This document shows positions 52,601-61,582 of a DNA stretch of 64,000 bases, piece after piece. A program made the position numbers and the translations under genes. How positions within the stretch are numbered: the first letter of the stretch is position 1; each line of letters begins with the position of its first letter. Origin of the DNA: Bacillota bacterium (GTDB lineage Bacteria; Bacillota; JAAYKD01). Location of the stretch: assembly GCA_012522585.1 (NCBI GenBank), contig JAAYKD010000069.1, forward strand, positions 1,602 through 65,601. The letters run 5' to 3'. The notes below the pieces were generated by a model. That model was not told where the DNA came from. It was given only the letters and a program-made list of their open reading frames with translations, and searched no databases.

Positions 52601-52640
52601 CAAAGCATCTTTAGAAATCCTTCTCGAAGAATTGAAATAA
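49608..52640 (+). CDS. pntB: NAD(P) transhydrogenase subunit beta carrying four tandem dIII (NADP(H)-binding) domains (1010 aa)
   Basis: Residues 1 to about 290 form the multi-TM dII domain. They are followed by four repeats of about 180 aa, each with PGYGMALAQAQ, AIHPVAGRMPGHMNVLLAE, GANDVVNPAANTAEDTPIYGMP and NPLYEM. Confidence 0.9.
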   Translation: MEPIYIIISIVLAALVLLGIKLMSSPKTAVQGNLISAFSMLAAVILVLWTNNILSLPLLWAAIAIGSIIGYVLGMKVTMIQMPQVVALLNGLGGGASLLVAAAEILSNFNQMDAFSKVSGQLALIVGGITLSGSMIAAAKLDRRMSQRPVVLKGHNILANGSLVIMIVATFLTLLDNSPYIFLSFLILILSLAYGYLFSVRVGGADMPITISLLNSFSGLAGAIVGFTIGEPLLVAVGAIVGASGLILTQIMCKAMNRSLGSVLSGGTSKPSSKPKVVPAKVEEPVLTEPIKEEVAKSLGDLLKEAQRVIIIPGYGMALAQAQNEVKALTDALIAQGKQVEFAIHPVAGRMPGHMNVLLAEVDVPYELMREMDDINPLFAETDVAIVVGSCDVVNPAANTAEDTPIYGMPVLSVENAKHVIVCNLDTNPGYSGVDNPLYEMEHVRLLLGDAKATLKQLLAEFKEEKKSEPQEIEEEKTPSSPSYLELLHQGEKVIFVPGYGMALAQAQSLVKQLADALEEKGKEVKFAIHPVAGRMPGHMNVLLAETDVPYDKLWEMDDINPLFPETDIVIIVGANDVVNPAANTAEDTPIYGMPVLSVENAKHVIVCNLDKSPGYSGVDNPLYEMDNVTLLLGDAKESLTQLIDQFKQGPIAKEPEPLAQGTDTLTTVLAKPERVIIVPGYGMALAQAQTQVKEIYETLEAKGTEVEFAIHPVAGRMPGHMNVLLAEVDIPYEKLREMDDINPLFPETDLVIIVGANDVVNPAANTAEDTPIYGMPILNVDQAKHIVVCNLDQSPGYSGVDNPLYEMDNVTLLLGDAKDSLNKILDIFKAEPSAAPEAEPTSVAQTSVLAAAKKVIIVPGYGMALAQAQTLVKSVYDALEAKGAEVEFAIHPVAGRMHGHMNVLLAEVDVPYEKLREMDDINPLFPETDVVIVVGANDVVNPAANTAEDTPIYGMPILNVDQAKHIIVCNLDRSPGYSGVDNPLYDMENVTLLLGDAKASLEILLEELK
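50526..52640 (+). repeat. Intragenic tandem repeat: four units of about 540-560 bp (starts about 50526, 51084, 51630, 52170), each encoding one dIII domain
   Basis: Self-alignment of the pntB sequence. Copies differ mainly at third-codon positions. Confidence 0.9.
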
Positions 52641-52660
52641 AATCCTTATTCAATAAATTA

Positions 52661-52703
52661 AAAAAGCAGCCTCAGATTTTCGTCTGAAGCTGCTTTTTAT
52701 TTT
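52661..52703 (+). terminator. Intrinsic terminator after pntB
   Basis: AAAAAGCAGCCTCAGATTTTCGTCTGAAGCTGCTTTTTATTTT. Confidence 0.85.
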
Positions 52704-52755
52704 ATTATTTGCACTTAGGACTTTTAAGGAACACTATGGGCTGCCTAGTTCACTG

Positions 52756-52863
52756 ATAAAAAAGTAATCATCGTACCAGGATACAACATGGCTTTAACAT
52801 AAGTTCAAATATTGATCAAAGAAGCTTCTAACCTGGAAGCTGAACAAGCTAATAAAATCTAAG
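52756..52863 (+). pseudogene. Decayed remnant of the start of a fifth dIII repeat (..KVIIVPGYNMALT*..), downstream of the pntB terminator
   Basis: aaaaagtaatcatcgtaccaggatacaacatggctttaac... aligns to repeat-unit starts (aaaaaggtcatcatcgtaccaggctatggcatggctttagc...) with many substitutions and a stop. Confidence 0.7.
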
Positions 52864-52916
52864 CATAAATAAAAACAGTCCGGTCTTCAAATTTAAGACC
52901 AGACTGTTTTTTTCTA

Positions 52917-53879
52917 TTATTTTCTCTTGAATTCTCGCCGATAGCTTTCTGCCTCACTGGGAGAACAATAGACAAAATGTTCAGGTAATATCTCAACCAT
53001 GGAAGGCTGTTCAACAGAGTAATCATGAGTCTCCAAGCCGTCATAGGTAATCCGCCTGCGTCTTTTCTCACTCAAGGGATTGGGATGAGGTATGGCCGAG
53101 AGCAAAGCTCTGGTATAAGGATGGATGGGATTGTCGTAGAGTTCATCTGCCTCTGCCACTTCCACCAACTTTCCATAGTACATGACGCCGATACGATCGG
53201 AAAAATGCTTGACTACACTTAAATCGTGAGCAATAAACAAAATGGTTAAACCTAAATCTTCCTTGAGACTGCCCAGCAAATTTATAACCTGAGCTTGGAT
53301 GGAAACATCCAAAGCAGAAACCGGTTCGTCGGCAATGACCATGGCCGGCTCAACTACTATGGCTCTGGCAATGCCTATACGCTGACGCTGTCCTCCAGAA
53401 AACTCATGAGGATAACGAGTCGCATGCTCTCTGGTCAGGCCTACTTTATTCAGGATGCTGTAAACTTTTTCATCAACTACAGCTTTATCTTTAATTCCCC
53501 TGACTTCCAAGCCTTCTCCGATGATTTCCCGAACTGTCATCCGAGGATTTAAGGAATCCACAGGATCTTGAAAAATCATCGCTACCTTATCGGTGATGTA
53601 GCGACGCAGCCTGCTATTCATCGGGCCGGAAATATCCTCGCCATCTAAAAACATTTCACCTGAGGTGGGGGTATAAAGACGAATAATCGAGCGCCCCGTG
53701 GTGGTCTTGCCACAACCTGACTCCCCTACCAAACCAAAAGTTTCCCCTTGATAGATATGAAAAGTCACGTCATCTACGGCTTTAACGACCTGCTGGCTTT
53801 TACCGCTGCCACTATAAAAATACATGCTCAAATTATTTACTTCCAGTATTTTTTTCCTTGAATCACTGATTGCCCTCAC
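52917..53879 (-). CDS. oppF: Oligopeptide ABC transporter ATP-binding protein OppF
   Basis: Walker A GESGCGKTT, signature FSGGQRQR, and the OppD/F C-terminal extension. Confidence 0.9.
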   Translation of the reverse strand: MRAISDSRKKILEVNNLSMYFYSGSGKSQQVVKAVDDVTFHIYQGETFGLVGESGCGKTTTGRSIIRLYTPTSGEMFLDGEDISGPMNSRLRRYITDKVAMIFQDPVDSLNPRMTVREIIGEGLEVRGIKDKAVVDEKVYSILNKVGLTREHATRYPHEFSGGQRQRIGIARAIVVEPAMVIADEPVSALDVSIQAQVINLLGSLKEDLGLTILFIAHDLSVVKHFSDRIGVMYYGKLVEVAEADELYDNPIHPYTRALLSAIPHPNPLSEKRRRRITYDGLETHDYSVEQPSMVEILPEHFVYCSPSEAESYRREFKRK

Positions 53880-54945
53880 CCCTTCCTTTATGATACTCTT
53901 CTTCCTCCACCAGCATGCGGTCGATACGATTGCGTAAAACTTCAGGCATCTCTACATCCGGCGCATTCTCATGCAAAAGCCAAGTGGCTGCATAATGAGT
54001 ATCACTAACTTTGAAAAAGGGCGGTTGCTCTTTAAAATCGATTTCCATAGCATAGCGGTTGCGAGAAGCAAAAGCATCTCCAACCGGGGGTTCAAGCATA
54101 TTGGGAGGGGTTCCGGGAATAGCCAGAAGCTTTTCCTTTGAGTCCATATCTGGCATAGAAGATAGCAGGGCCCAGGTGTATGGGTGCTTGGGGTTGAAGA
54201 AAATTTCTTCGCTGGTCCCATATTCTACTACTTTCCCTGCATACATAACATAGACGAAGTCTGCCATATTGGCCACAACTCCCAAGTCATGGGTAATAAA
54301 GACAATGGAAAGATTTTTTTGGTATTTTAATTCATTGATCATATCCAAAATACGAGCTTGAACAGTTACATCAAGAGCCGTTGTCGGTTCATCACAAATC
54401 AGTATTTCCGGCTCATTGGCCAAAGCAATGGCTATAACAATGCGCTGGCGCATTCCCCCTGATAATTGGAAGGGATAATGTTCGAATCTTTGTTCTACAT
54501 CGGGTATGCCAACATCTCGCATCAGATCTAAGGCTCTTTCTCTCGCTTCTTTTTTACTGACCTTTTGATTTTCCAAAATCATCTCGGTAATCTGTTTGCC
54601 TACCTTCATAATAGGGTTCAAAGAAGACAGAGGGTCTTGGAAGATCAGACCGATTTTTTTACCTCTGATATCTTGAAATTGCTTTTCGCTGATTTTAGTC
54701 AGATCATCACCGTCATAGAGAATACTGCCTTTTTCAATGATAGCATTGCCTGCCAAAATTCCCATGATACTCTTGGCTGTGACGCTCTTACCGCTACCAC
54801 TCTCCCCTACTATTGCCACAGTTTTTCCTCTGGGCAATTGAAAAGAAACACCTCTGACCGCTTGCACTTTACCTACAAAACCTCGAAAGGAGACTGTTAA
54901 ATCCTGGACATCTAATACTATTTCATCGTTGATTTGATTATTCAT
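53863..54945 (-). CDS. oppD: Oligopeptide ABC transporter ATP-binding protein OppD
   Basis: Walker [10 protein letters not shown], signature LSGGMRQR, and a C-terminal oligopeptide-transporter domain. Confidence 0.9.
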   Translation of the reverse strand: MNNQINDEIVLDVQDLTVSFRGFVGKVQAVRGVSFQLPRGKTVAIVGESGSGKSVTAKSIMGILAGNAIIEKGSILYDGDDLTKISEKQFQDIRGKKIGLIFQDPLSSLNPIMKVGKQITEMILENQKVSKKEARERALDLMRDVGIPDVEQRFEHYPFQLSGGMRQRIVIAIALANEPEILICDEPTTALDVTVQARILDMINELKYQKNLSIVFITHDLGVVANMADFVYVMYAGKVVEYGTSEEIFFNPKHPYTWALLSSMPDMDSKEKLLAIPGTPPNMLEPPVGDAFASRNRYAMEIDFKEQPPFFKVSDTHYAATWLLHENAPDVEMPEVLRNRIDRMLVEEEEYHKGRGEGNQ

Positions 54946-54957
54946 AGCTCCTCCTTT

Positions 54958-56094
54958 CTAGTCTACACCGCGCATAGTCGGATCAAAAGCATCCCGCAAA
55001 CCATTTCCAAAGAGGTTAAAAGAAATCATCAAGATGGAAATCAGGATGGCAGGAAACAGAGTCTGATAGGGATAGGATGTGAGCACTTTCTGAGCATCAG
55101 AAAGCAAAACACCCATAGATGGTTCAGGTGCTTGAATTCCCAAACCGATAAAGGCTAAGAAAGCTTCGCTAAAGATAGCTCCGGGAACAGCAATCATGGC
55201 CCGAGTTATGATCGGCCCGATAGAGTTAGGTAAGATGTGTCTAAAAATCAATTTGCGATCATCAACTCCCAGTGTCCTGGCAGCTAAAACATATTCTCGA
55301 CCTTTAAAGCGCAAGAATTGTGCTCTGATCAATCTGGCTGTACCTATCCAGCCTCTGACAACCAAAGCTATAATTATGGCACGAATACCTGTACCCAAGA
55401 CTAAAATCAGCATGGTAGCCAAGATAGATTGAGGAAAAGCCCCTACTATTTCAGTAAAGCGCATCATCACCATATCCGCTTTGCCACCGTAATAACCGGC
55501 TATTGCCCCATAAATTGTGCCGATGACTATATTGACGAAAACTGCTATAACAGCAATCATCAAAGACACTCTAGCTCCTCGCCAGGTTCTAGTCCACAAA
55601 TCTCGACCTAAATAATCGGTACCGAACCAGAAGTTAATATCATCAGGGACATCATGCATTTTATACATATCCGCTTTTATGTCGGCCATCGCTATATCCC
55701 TGCTGGTAAAGGTTCTGACCGTTTCAAGAATACTTCCTTCGGGGTACCTGCTGGGATCAGTAAGATTGGCTACCTGACGATTATAAAGAATTCTGGTACC
55801 ATCAAACACTCCAAATTTAGCGAATATGGGAATCCGAGGTGGCAGATTAACCCGATCAACCATCTGTTGATTATAGCCAAATTGATTCATAGCCGGCCCG
55901 AACAAAGCCATAATAATTATAAAAACAATTATTCCAAAGGCAATAATAGCTGATTTATTTCTGGAAAGCCTGATTAAAGCATCTCCGAAGTAACTGACCG
56001 GTTGCCCAACAAAACTGTCATCAAAAAGATCTTCATCTAACTGGACTAAAACAAAATCTTCCGGAGCAAGACGGGAATTCAATTTTTTATTCAT
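54958..56094 (-). CDS. oppC: Oligopeptide ABC transporter permease OppC
   Basis: BPD-transporter permease with the EAA-like loop, plus an N-terminal extension. Confidence 0.88.
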   Translation of the reverse strand: MNKKLNSRLAPEDFVLVQLDEDLFDDSFVGQPVSYFGDALIRLSRNKSAIIAFGIIVFIIIMALFGPAMNQFGYNQQMVDRVNLPPRIPIFAKFGVFDGTRILYNRQVANLTDPSRYPEGSILETVRTFTSRDIAMADIKADMYKMHDVPDDINFWFGTDYLGRDLWTRTWRGARVSLMIAVIAVFVNIVIGTIYGAIAGYYGGKADMVMMRFTEIVGAFPQSILATMLILVLGTGIRAIIIALVVRGWIGTARLIRAQFLRFKGREYVLAARTLGVDDRKLIFRHILPNSIGPIITRAMIAVPGAIFSEAFLAFIGLGIQAPEPSMGVLLSDAQKVLTSYPYQTLFPAILISILMISFNLFGNGLRDAFDPTMRGVD

Positions 56095-57040
56095 CCTTCT
56101 TACCTCCTACTCTGACACGTGGGTCAACTAAACCGTAAGATAAGTCTACGAGTAGGGCTGTTCCGATTGAAATCATCGCATAAAACATCAATGTTGCCAC
56201 GGTCAAAGAGTGGTCATTAGCATTGATTGATTTTATCATAGTCCCGCCTACACCCGGTATGGAAAAAAGCCTTTCTATGACCATGGAGCCTCCTACTATA
56301 TTGGCGAACATGGGCACGATAACATTCATCATCGGTAAAGAAGCATTACGGAAAGCATGCTTAACTGTAGCTTTAAACCTGCCTAGCCCCTTCGTCTTGG
56401 CCAAGAGCATATATTCAGAGCCCAAAACCTCTATCAATTCTCCTCTGAGATAACGGGTGATGGTTGCTATGGGGCTCAAGGATAGGGCGGCGATAGGCAA
56501 TACCATGGACTTTAATCGCAGAGCACCTACCGCTGAGGGCTGATACAAAATAGGAAAGAGTTTTAGCTTATAGGCTAAAAAGTACTGCATCAAAGAAGCA
56601 AAAACAAAAGAAGGAACAGAAATAAAGATAATTACACCGACAGAAATCAGAGTATCCGCCCCTCGATTCTTCTGCAAAGCTGCCACAATACCGGCAACTA
56701 TACCTATAGGCACAGAGATCAGCAGAGAAATCAAATTTATTTGTAAAGAGACTGGTATCCTATTGGCTAAAACTTGGAAAGCTGGAACTCCCGGTTCAAC
56801 TTTAACCGAAGTTCCCCAATCCTTATCCATAACCACGCCTTTGAGAAAATAATAAAACTGGATATGGATAGGTTTATCCAAATGGGCCCGTTCTATCAAC
56901 ATATCTATTATGGCTTGGTCTAAGTTAGGGTCATCATAGACACTCCCTGGCATGAGGCGAACAACTGCAAAAGCAAGTGCCAAAATGATGAAGAGAGTAA
57001 CAGCTGCTGCTAGGAGGCGCTTAAGAACATATTTAAGCAT
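56087..57040 (-). CDS. oppB: Oligopeptide ABC transporter permease OppB
   Basis: Six-TM permease. Start MLKYVLKRLL.. is typical of OppB/DppB. Confidence 0.88.
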   Translation of the reverse strand: MLKYVLKRLLAAAVTLFIILALAFAVVRLMPGSVYDDPNLDQAIIDMLIERAHLDKPIHIQFYYFLKGVVMDKDWGTSVKVEPGVPAFQVLANRIPVSLQINLISLLISVPIGIVAGIVAALQKNRGADTLISVGVIIFISVPSFVFASLMQYFLAYKLKLFPILYQPSAVGALRLKSMVLPIAALSLSPIATITRYLRGELIEVLGSEYMLLAKTKGLGRFKATVKHAFRNASLPMMNVIVPMFANIVGGSMVIERLFSIPGVGGTMIKSINANDHSLTVATLMFYAMISIGTALLVDLSYGLVDPRVRVGGKKDE

Positions 57041-57184
57041 AATGGATTATACCTCCCCTTTCTAGTAAAAAATGGATCTAAAAATGCTTTATATTTCATA
57101 ATTCACTCTTTAAAAAAACCTATTAAATCATGACAAGGCATCAAGAAATAAATCTTGACGCCTTGTCCATAATTAGAACATCGA

Positions 57185-58951
57185 TTATTCTTCCATATCC
57201 ATAAATCTCCAGCCGAAGCCGAGACCGACTGTATATTCGTCTACAGGTAGAACTATACGCTCAGACCAGAGCACAAAAGCTTTCTCTTGGATTACAGGAA
57301 TACAGGTTATATCGTCCAAGATAATTGACTTTTCTATTTCTACAGTAGCATCGAAGGTTTTACGCTCGTCGAAACGATACTCTTCTGTTAATAATTTTTC
57401 ATAATTATCATCGAGGAAGTCATTGCTATAAGGAGAATATTTGTTTGTTGCATAACTGCGATAAGGGGCAAACTTTTTATGAGGCTCATAAGTTTCTGCT
57501 CCTAAATGCCAACCTGACCAACACATATCCCATTCGGTCGTCGGACCTTCATTAGAAGTGCGCATCAAGGCTAAGGCTGCAGTATGTTGGATTGCCTGCA
57601 ATTTCAGCTCGAATTTATCTTCGCCAAAAATCTGAGGCAATTGGTTCTGAATATATTCAGAAGCTGTACGCAATGCGTCCATTCCCTCGCTATAATGCAA
57701 ACTCAGACTCATTTTATCTAAGTTGTATTTTTCCAGTGCCTCGTCGAAAAGCTCCTTAGCTAAATCAGGATCATAGCCTCCATTGGCTGGCAGCCATTCA
57801 TTGGCCTCTTCCATTTGACGATAGAGAGTGCCATCGGCGAAGGATACACCTGAGTAAGATAAGAAGAAGGGAGCGGCAGTGGTAAAGGTTAAATCGGCAA
57901 TTGTATTTCTGTCAATAGCATGGAATATGGCTTTACGCACCAGAGGATCTTGTAAGAAAGCTTTATCTGGGTTGTTTCTATTGACTTCGATGGTACGAAT
58001 TGCTTTTTGATCGTAAGAAATCAAACTTGGATCTTCAGCATACTTGGCTAAACCATTAGCACCAAGAGCCACATAATCACTATCTCCACTTTCAAAGAGC
58101 TCTAATCTGGTAGCTTCATCTAAAACGACTCGGCCTTCGATTCCATCTAATTTGATCAGATGAGCATTGATGAAGTTTTCGTTCTTTTCAAAGGTTCTTT
58201 CCGATGCTTTAACCCAATTTGTCAGGTTAAATGGTCCGCATCCCATGAATTTTTCTAACGAAGTGCCATAGCTATTGCCTGTCCGGTCAGCATTCATACA
58301 TTCTTCATATATGGGCTCATAAACAGGACTGGTTGATCTAACAGCAAAATGGCGAATAACTTCTTGTTCGGTGTATTTCTGAGCTGTGGTAATTTCCAAA
58401 GTATAATCGTCTAAAGCTTTTAAACCAACATCTTCCCAATCTACTGCAGGGTTGGGGTTACCGTCTTTATCAGTACCTTTTTGTTGGTAATACTCTAAAC
58501 CATTTTTGACAAGAATATATTGATTGGCAATACTACTGGTAGAATTCCAGGCTAGATCTGGATCTAAGCCCATCTTCCAAGAATAGATAAAGGTATTGGC
58601 ATCAATTGGTTCTCCGTTAGCCCATTTGGCTTCAGGATTGACTTTAATTGTCCAGACATAATCATCTTCAGCAACAGGATAGTCCTCAGCTAAGGCTGGT
58701 ACATAATATGATTTGTCGCGGCTTTCAGCTGGTACTATCTGATAGAGTGCCACTTGAATAAAGTCTACAATTTCATAGTTTGGTGCAGCATTACAATCGT
58801 GAGGGTTGATGGAGTTGTCCTCTCCACTGCTTATCCATTTGAATATTTTTGGGGCAGCTTCAGGAGATGGGGGTGGTTCACTGGGGTTGCAACCGGCCAA
58901 AGCCAGGGCAACGATTAAAAGAGATAAGAAAAATAACAATCGTTTACGCAA
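57185..58951 (-). CDS. oppA: Oligopeptide-binding lipoprotein OppA (SBP family 5)
   Basis: Lipobox LALAGC. 588-aa family-5 solute-binding protein. Confidence 0.88.
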   Translation of the reverse strand: MRKRLLFFLSLLIVALALAGCNPSEPPPSPEAAPKIFKWISSGEDNSINPHDCNAAPNYEIVDFIQVALYQIVPAESRDKSYYVPALAEDYPVAEDDYVWTIKVNPEAKWANGEPIDANTFIYSWKMGLDPDLAWNSTSSIANQYILVKNGLEYYQQKGTDKDGNPNPAVDWEDVGLKALDDYTLEITTAQKYTEQEVIRHFAVRSTSPVYEPIYEECMNADRTGNSYGTSLEKFMGCGPFNLTNWVKASERTFEKNENFINAHLIKLDGIEGRVVLDEATRLELFESGDSDYVALGANGLAKYAEDPSLISYDQKAIRTIEVNRNNPDKAFLQDPLVRKAIFHAIDRNTIADLTFTTAAPFFLSYSGVSFADGTLYRQMEEANEWLPANGGYDPDLAKELFDEALEKYNLDKMSLSLHYSEGMDALRTASEYIQNQLPQIFGEDKFELKLQAIQHTAALALMRTSNEGPTTEWDMCWSGWHLGAETYEPHKKFAPYRSYATNKYSPYSNDFLDDNYEKLLTEEYRFDERKTFDATVEIEKSIILDDITCIPVIQEKAFVLWSERIVLPVDEYTVGLGFGWRFMDMEE

Positions 58952-59160
58952 TAAAACCTACTCCTTTTCCTTATAAATTACATCTATTATTGCATAGATG
59001 GCTTTAACTGTCAATAATTATTTGAATACTACTCTATTCGTTTAAATGGAACATCATACTATTGATCCAATGGCCTGGAGTAGGTGTTTTGGCTCAATCA
59101 AAACGAGGTTTTCAGACCATTCCACATCGATTTTATACATTTCCCCACTTCATGTTGCAT

Positions 59161-59195
59161 AAAAAAAGCTTCTGCTAGCTCGCAGAAGCTTTTTG
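59161..59195. terminator. Intrinsic hairpin terminator between the hypothetical gene and the opp promoter region
   Basis: AAAAAAAGCTTCTGCTAGCTCGCAGAAGCTTTTTGG. Confidence 0.7.
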
Positions 59196-59508
59196 GTCCT
59201 ATTGAAAAATCTGGGTTTTAGTCACGAAACATCCCCGGCTATGCCAGTTTTCAGAAAATACCACCCAACAACTTCGATCGGAAAATTTAATCATTTATTT
59301 TCAATCAGTAAATTCTCCCTATTGCTTATTTCCTTGCCTAGATAATCTAATCAGAAAGGCTAGCTGAAAGCCAATTAACCCGAGCCATAGCCAATAAAAA
59401 AGCTAGAACCACCTCTAATTAATACAGTTTAAACTAGAAGTATAGCCGAACGGGTCGCAACAATAATAACTTAATACAGATAGAAAAATTGAGATAGACT
59501 TAAGTGAA

Positions 59509-60414
59509 TCAATCTTCCCAAGAACTAGGGTAAAACTCGGTTACCTCTCCTTGGGCACCAAAGCCGTAGAGCACCTCGTCCTCCACTTTAAAATAGGAGA
59601 AAAAGTCAAAGGTTCCATCAATAGTGCGATTAAGAATTTTGCCTTCATCATAATGATAAATACCCGATTCAGATGGTTTCTTACTGCCATTTTCATAAAT
59701 ATAAAGCTGATTGGATATTACCCAAACGGCTAACTTTTTGTCGCTAGTTTCCCAATAACCTGCAACTGCTTGATAAAACTCATCCAATTCCCTTTTATAG
59801 GCAAATAAATCTTGTCCGTGGTCTTCTGCTAAATCGATGAAAAAATCGTACATGGCGATTGTAGCCCTATTATCAACGGCAGCTCCGCTATTATCTCGAG
59901 CATAAATCCCTTCCCCACTAGCATAATCTATCCGTAGATCCGAACCTATGTTAGGGGGTAAGCCAGCGGTAAAAATATTGGTCCCATTACTAGCAGCCAC
60001 CGGATACTCATCGATGATGGCCTGCAAATCATCCAGTGTTGTTAAAGGCAACTCTATTTCAAAATCAAAACCTTTCATGCCAACCAAAGGGATGGCAGAG
60101 CCTTCAAAAATAACCTGGTCTTGATCTTTTCGAACAATAAAAGAACAGTATTCAAAGTCCATCTCTTTTTCATAAAAATGGAAAAAGTCACACGCAAATT
60201 CATAGCTGAAAAAAACTATCTCTTTTGATTCAATCACTTTAGGCGCCTTTTTATTTGTCCGATCAGTTCTTTTCCCCGTCATTTCCGATCTGTTAACCAT
60301 TTCTTGAATCACCTCCCGAATATAATCAAAGCCAAATTTAAATCCAGAAGAAAGAGATTTTTGCATCACTAAAAGAGCTGCTAGAAGAACCAGCAGACCA
60401 ATAAGCCACTTCAT
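59509..60414 (-). CDS. Hypothetical exported/membrane-anchored protein (N-terminal signal anchor, no recognisable domain)
   Basis: ORF with AGAGGT RBS before MKWLIGLLVLLAALLV. The listed ORF starts 7 codons upstream. Confidence 0.5.
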   Translation of the reverse strand: MKWLIGLLVLLAALLVMQKSLSSGFKFGFDYIREVIQEMVNRSEMTGKRTDRTNKKAPKVIESKEIVFFSYEFACDFFHFYEKEMDFEYCSFIVRKDQDQVIFEGSAIPLVGMKGFDFEIELPLTTLDDLQAIIDEYPVAASNGTNIFTAGLPPNIGSDLRIDYASGEGIYARDNSGAAVDNRATIAMYDFFIDLAEDHGQDLFAYKRELDEFYQAVAGYWETSDKKLAVWVISNQLYIYENGSKKPSESGIYHYDEGKILNRTIDGTFDFFSYFKVEDEVLYGFGAQGEVTEFYPSSWED

Positions 60415-60555
60415 ATTTTTACCTCTCTTTTGCATAAATTTGCCTCACTTCCCACTCACTTAAAATTGACCATTATATTTACTTAAAGTATACCGTATCC
60501 ACTCACAAAAGTATATTGGTCTTACGGTTAATATGTTGTAACTGAAATAAAGCAA

Positions 60556-60588
60556 AAAAGCCCCACCTCAGGTGGGGCTCAAATTTTT
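60556..60588. terminator. Hairpin terminator immediately 3' of tRNA-Ser
   Basis: AAAAAAGCCCCACCTCAGGTGGGGCTCAAATTTTTT. Confidence 0.75.
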
Positions 60589-60676
60589 TGGCGGAGGGTT
60601 AGGGATTCGAACCCTAGATACCTCTCAGTATGCCGGTTTTCAAGACCGGTGCCTTCAACCACTCGGCCAACCCTCC
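60589..60676 (-). tRNA. tRNA-Ser (anticodon UGA), class II with long variable arm and encoded CCA
   Basis: Reverse complement: GGAGGGTTGGCCGAGTGGTTGAAGGCACCGGTCTTGAAAACCGGCATACTGAGAGGTATCTAGGGTTCGAATCCCTAACCCTCCGCCA. T-loop GGTTCGAATCC. Anticodon loop CTTGAAA. Confidence 0.9.
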
Positions 60677-61099
60677 ATTTTATCGAATAGATTGCCTAAT
60701 TTTGTCGGCAATTTAAACAAATTAGTTGCTTTTAATTTACTTTTGCATGTTAGCACGCTCCCACAAAAAAGTCAAGCAAAAAGGCTGGTTCTGACTCGAT
60801 TAAAGAGCTTGAATACAACTCTTCTCTAATGGCCTTTAAACCCTTGGTTTAACTTGACTTTTTAAGGGTTTAGGCTTAATATGGATATGGTTTTTCTCTG
60901 AATTATTTGTGCCGAAACATATTCATGAATATGTTTTTTAGTCAATAAAAAGGTTTACTAAAGAACAACTTTTTCTCTATTATTCTACAATACTATTAGT
61001 ATTTATTGACTTTTAGACAATTCGATTAAAACTGTTATTTTCAACAAATTTCAGAGAAAAAAACACAGCTTTTTATGACTGTGAATATTCCATTAAGAG

Positions 61100-61582
61100 G
61101 TGTATTTCATGTTTTTACTTCTCTTCGTACTTTGGTGGATCTTTAGCGGGCCTTTAACCGTTGAAATCATCATGGTAGGCTTTTTTCTATCTTTAATCTT
61201 AGAATTTGCCACGGTGAAGATTTTGGGCTATCGTTTCAACGCTGACTTGAGTGCCGCTGTACACACAAGATTATGGGCCAGATACTTTAAAACATTGGTA
61301 GTAGAAATAGTAATCTGCTGCATAGATGTTTTACGTATGATTTATACCAAGGATTTAGAGATAAAACCAATGCTCAGGCGATTTAAAGTCGATTTAAAAG
61401 AAGATGGAAACAAAGTTCTTTTAGCCAATTCGATTACTTTGACTCCCGGCTCCATCACAGCAAGGGTCCAGGGAGATTATTTTATTGTTCATGCCCTTGA
61501 TGGCGCCCTCATGGAAGGCATAGAAGATTCAGAATTTGTCAAGATTTTAAAGGAGATGGAAGAATATGACGAAACTTTCTGA
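61100..61582 (+). CDS. mrpE: Mrp/Mnh-type cation:proton antiporter subunit E (MbhA-like)
   Basis: MrpE-like 160-aa membrane protein. It is the first gene of an E-F-G-B-B'-C-D cluster. Confidence 0.7.
   Translation: MYFMFLLLFVLWWIFSGPLTVEIIMVGFFLSLILEFATVKILGYRFNADLSAAVHTRLWARYFKTLVVEIVICCIDVLRMIYTKDLEIKPMLRRFKVDLKEDGNKVLLANSITLTPGSITARVQGDYFIVHALDGALMEGIEDSEFVKILKEMEEYDETF

Noticed and set aside
49608-52640. Four-fold dIII repeat in pntB considered as an assembly or collapse artefact
   Set aside because: Copies are 80-90% identical rather than identical. Differences are concentrated at synonymous positions. A fifth decayed copy lies downstream. All of this indicates a genuine, old genomic feature, though long-read confirmation is still advisable.
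60572-60829. 85-aa plus-strand ORF
   Set aside because: It overlaps the minus-strand tRNA-Ser and its terminator. It has no RBS and low-complexity translation, so it is spurious.
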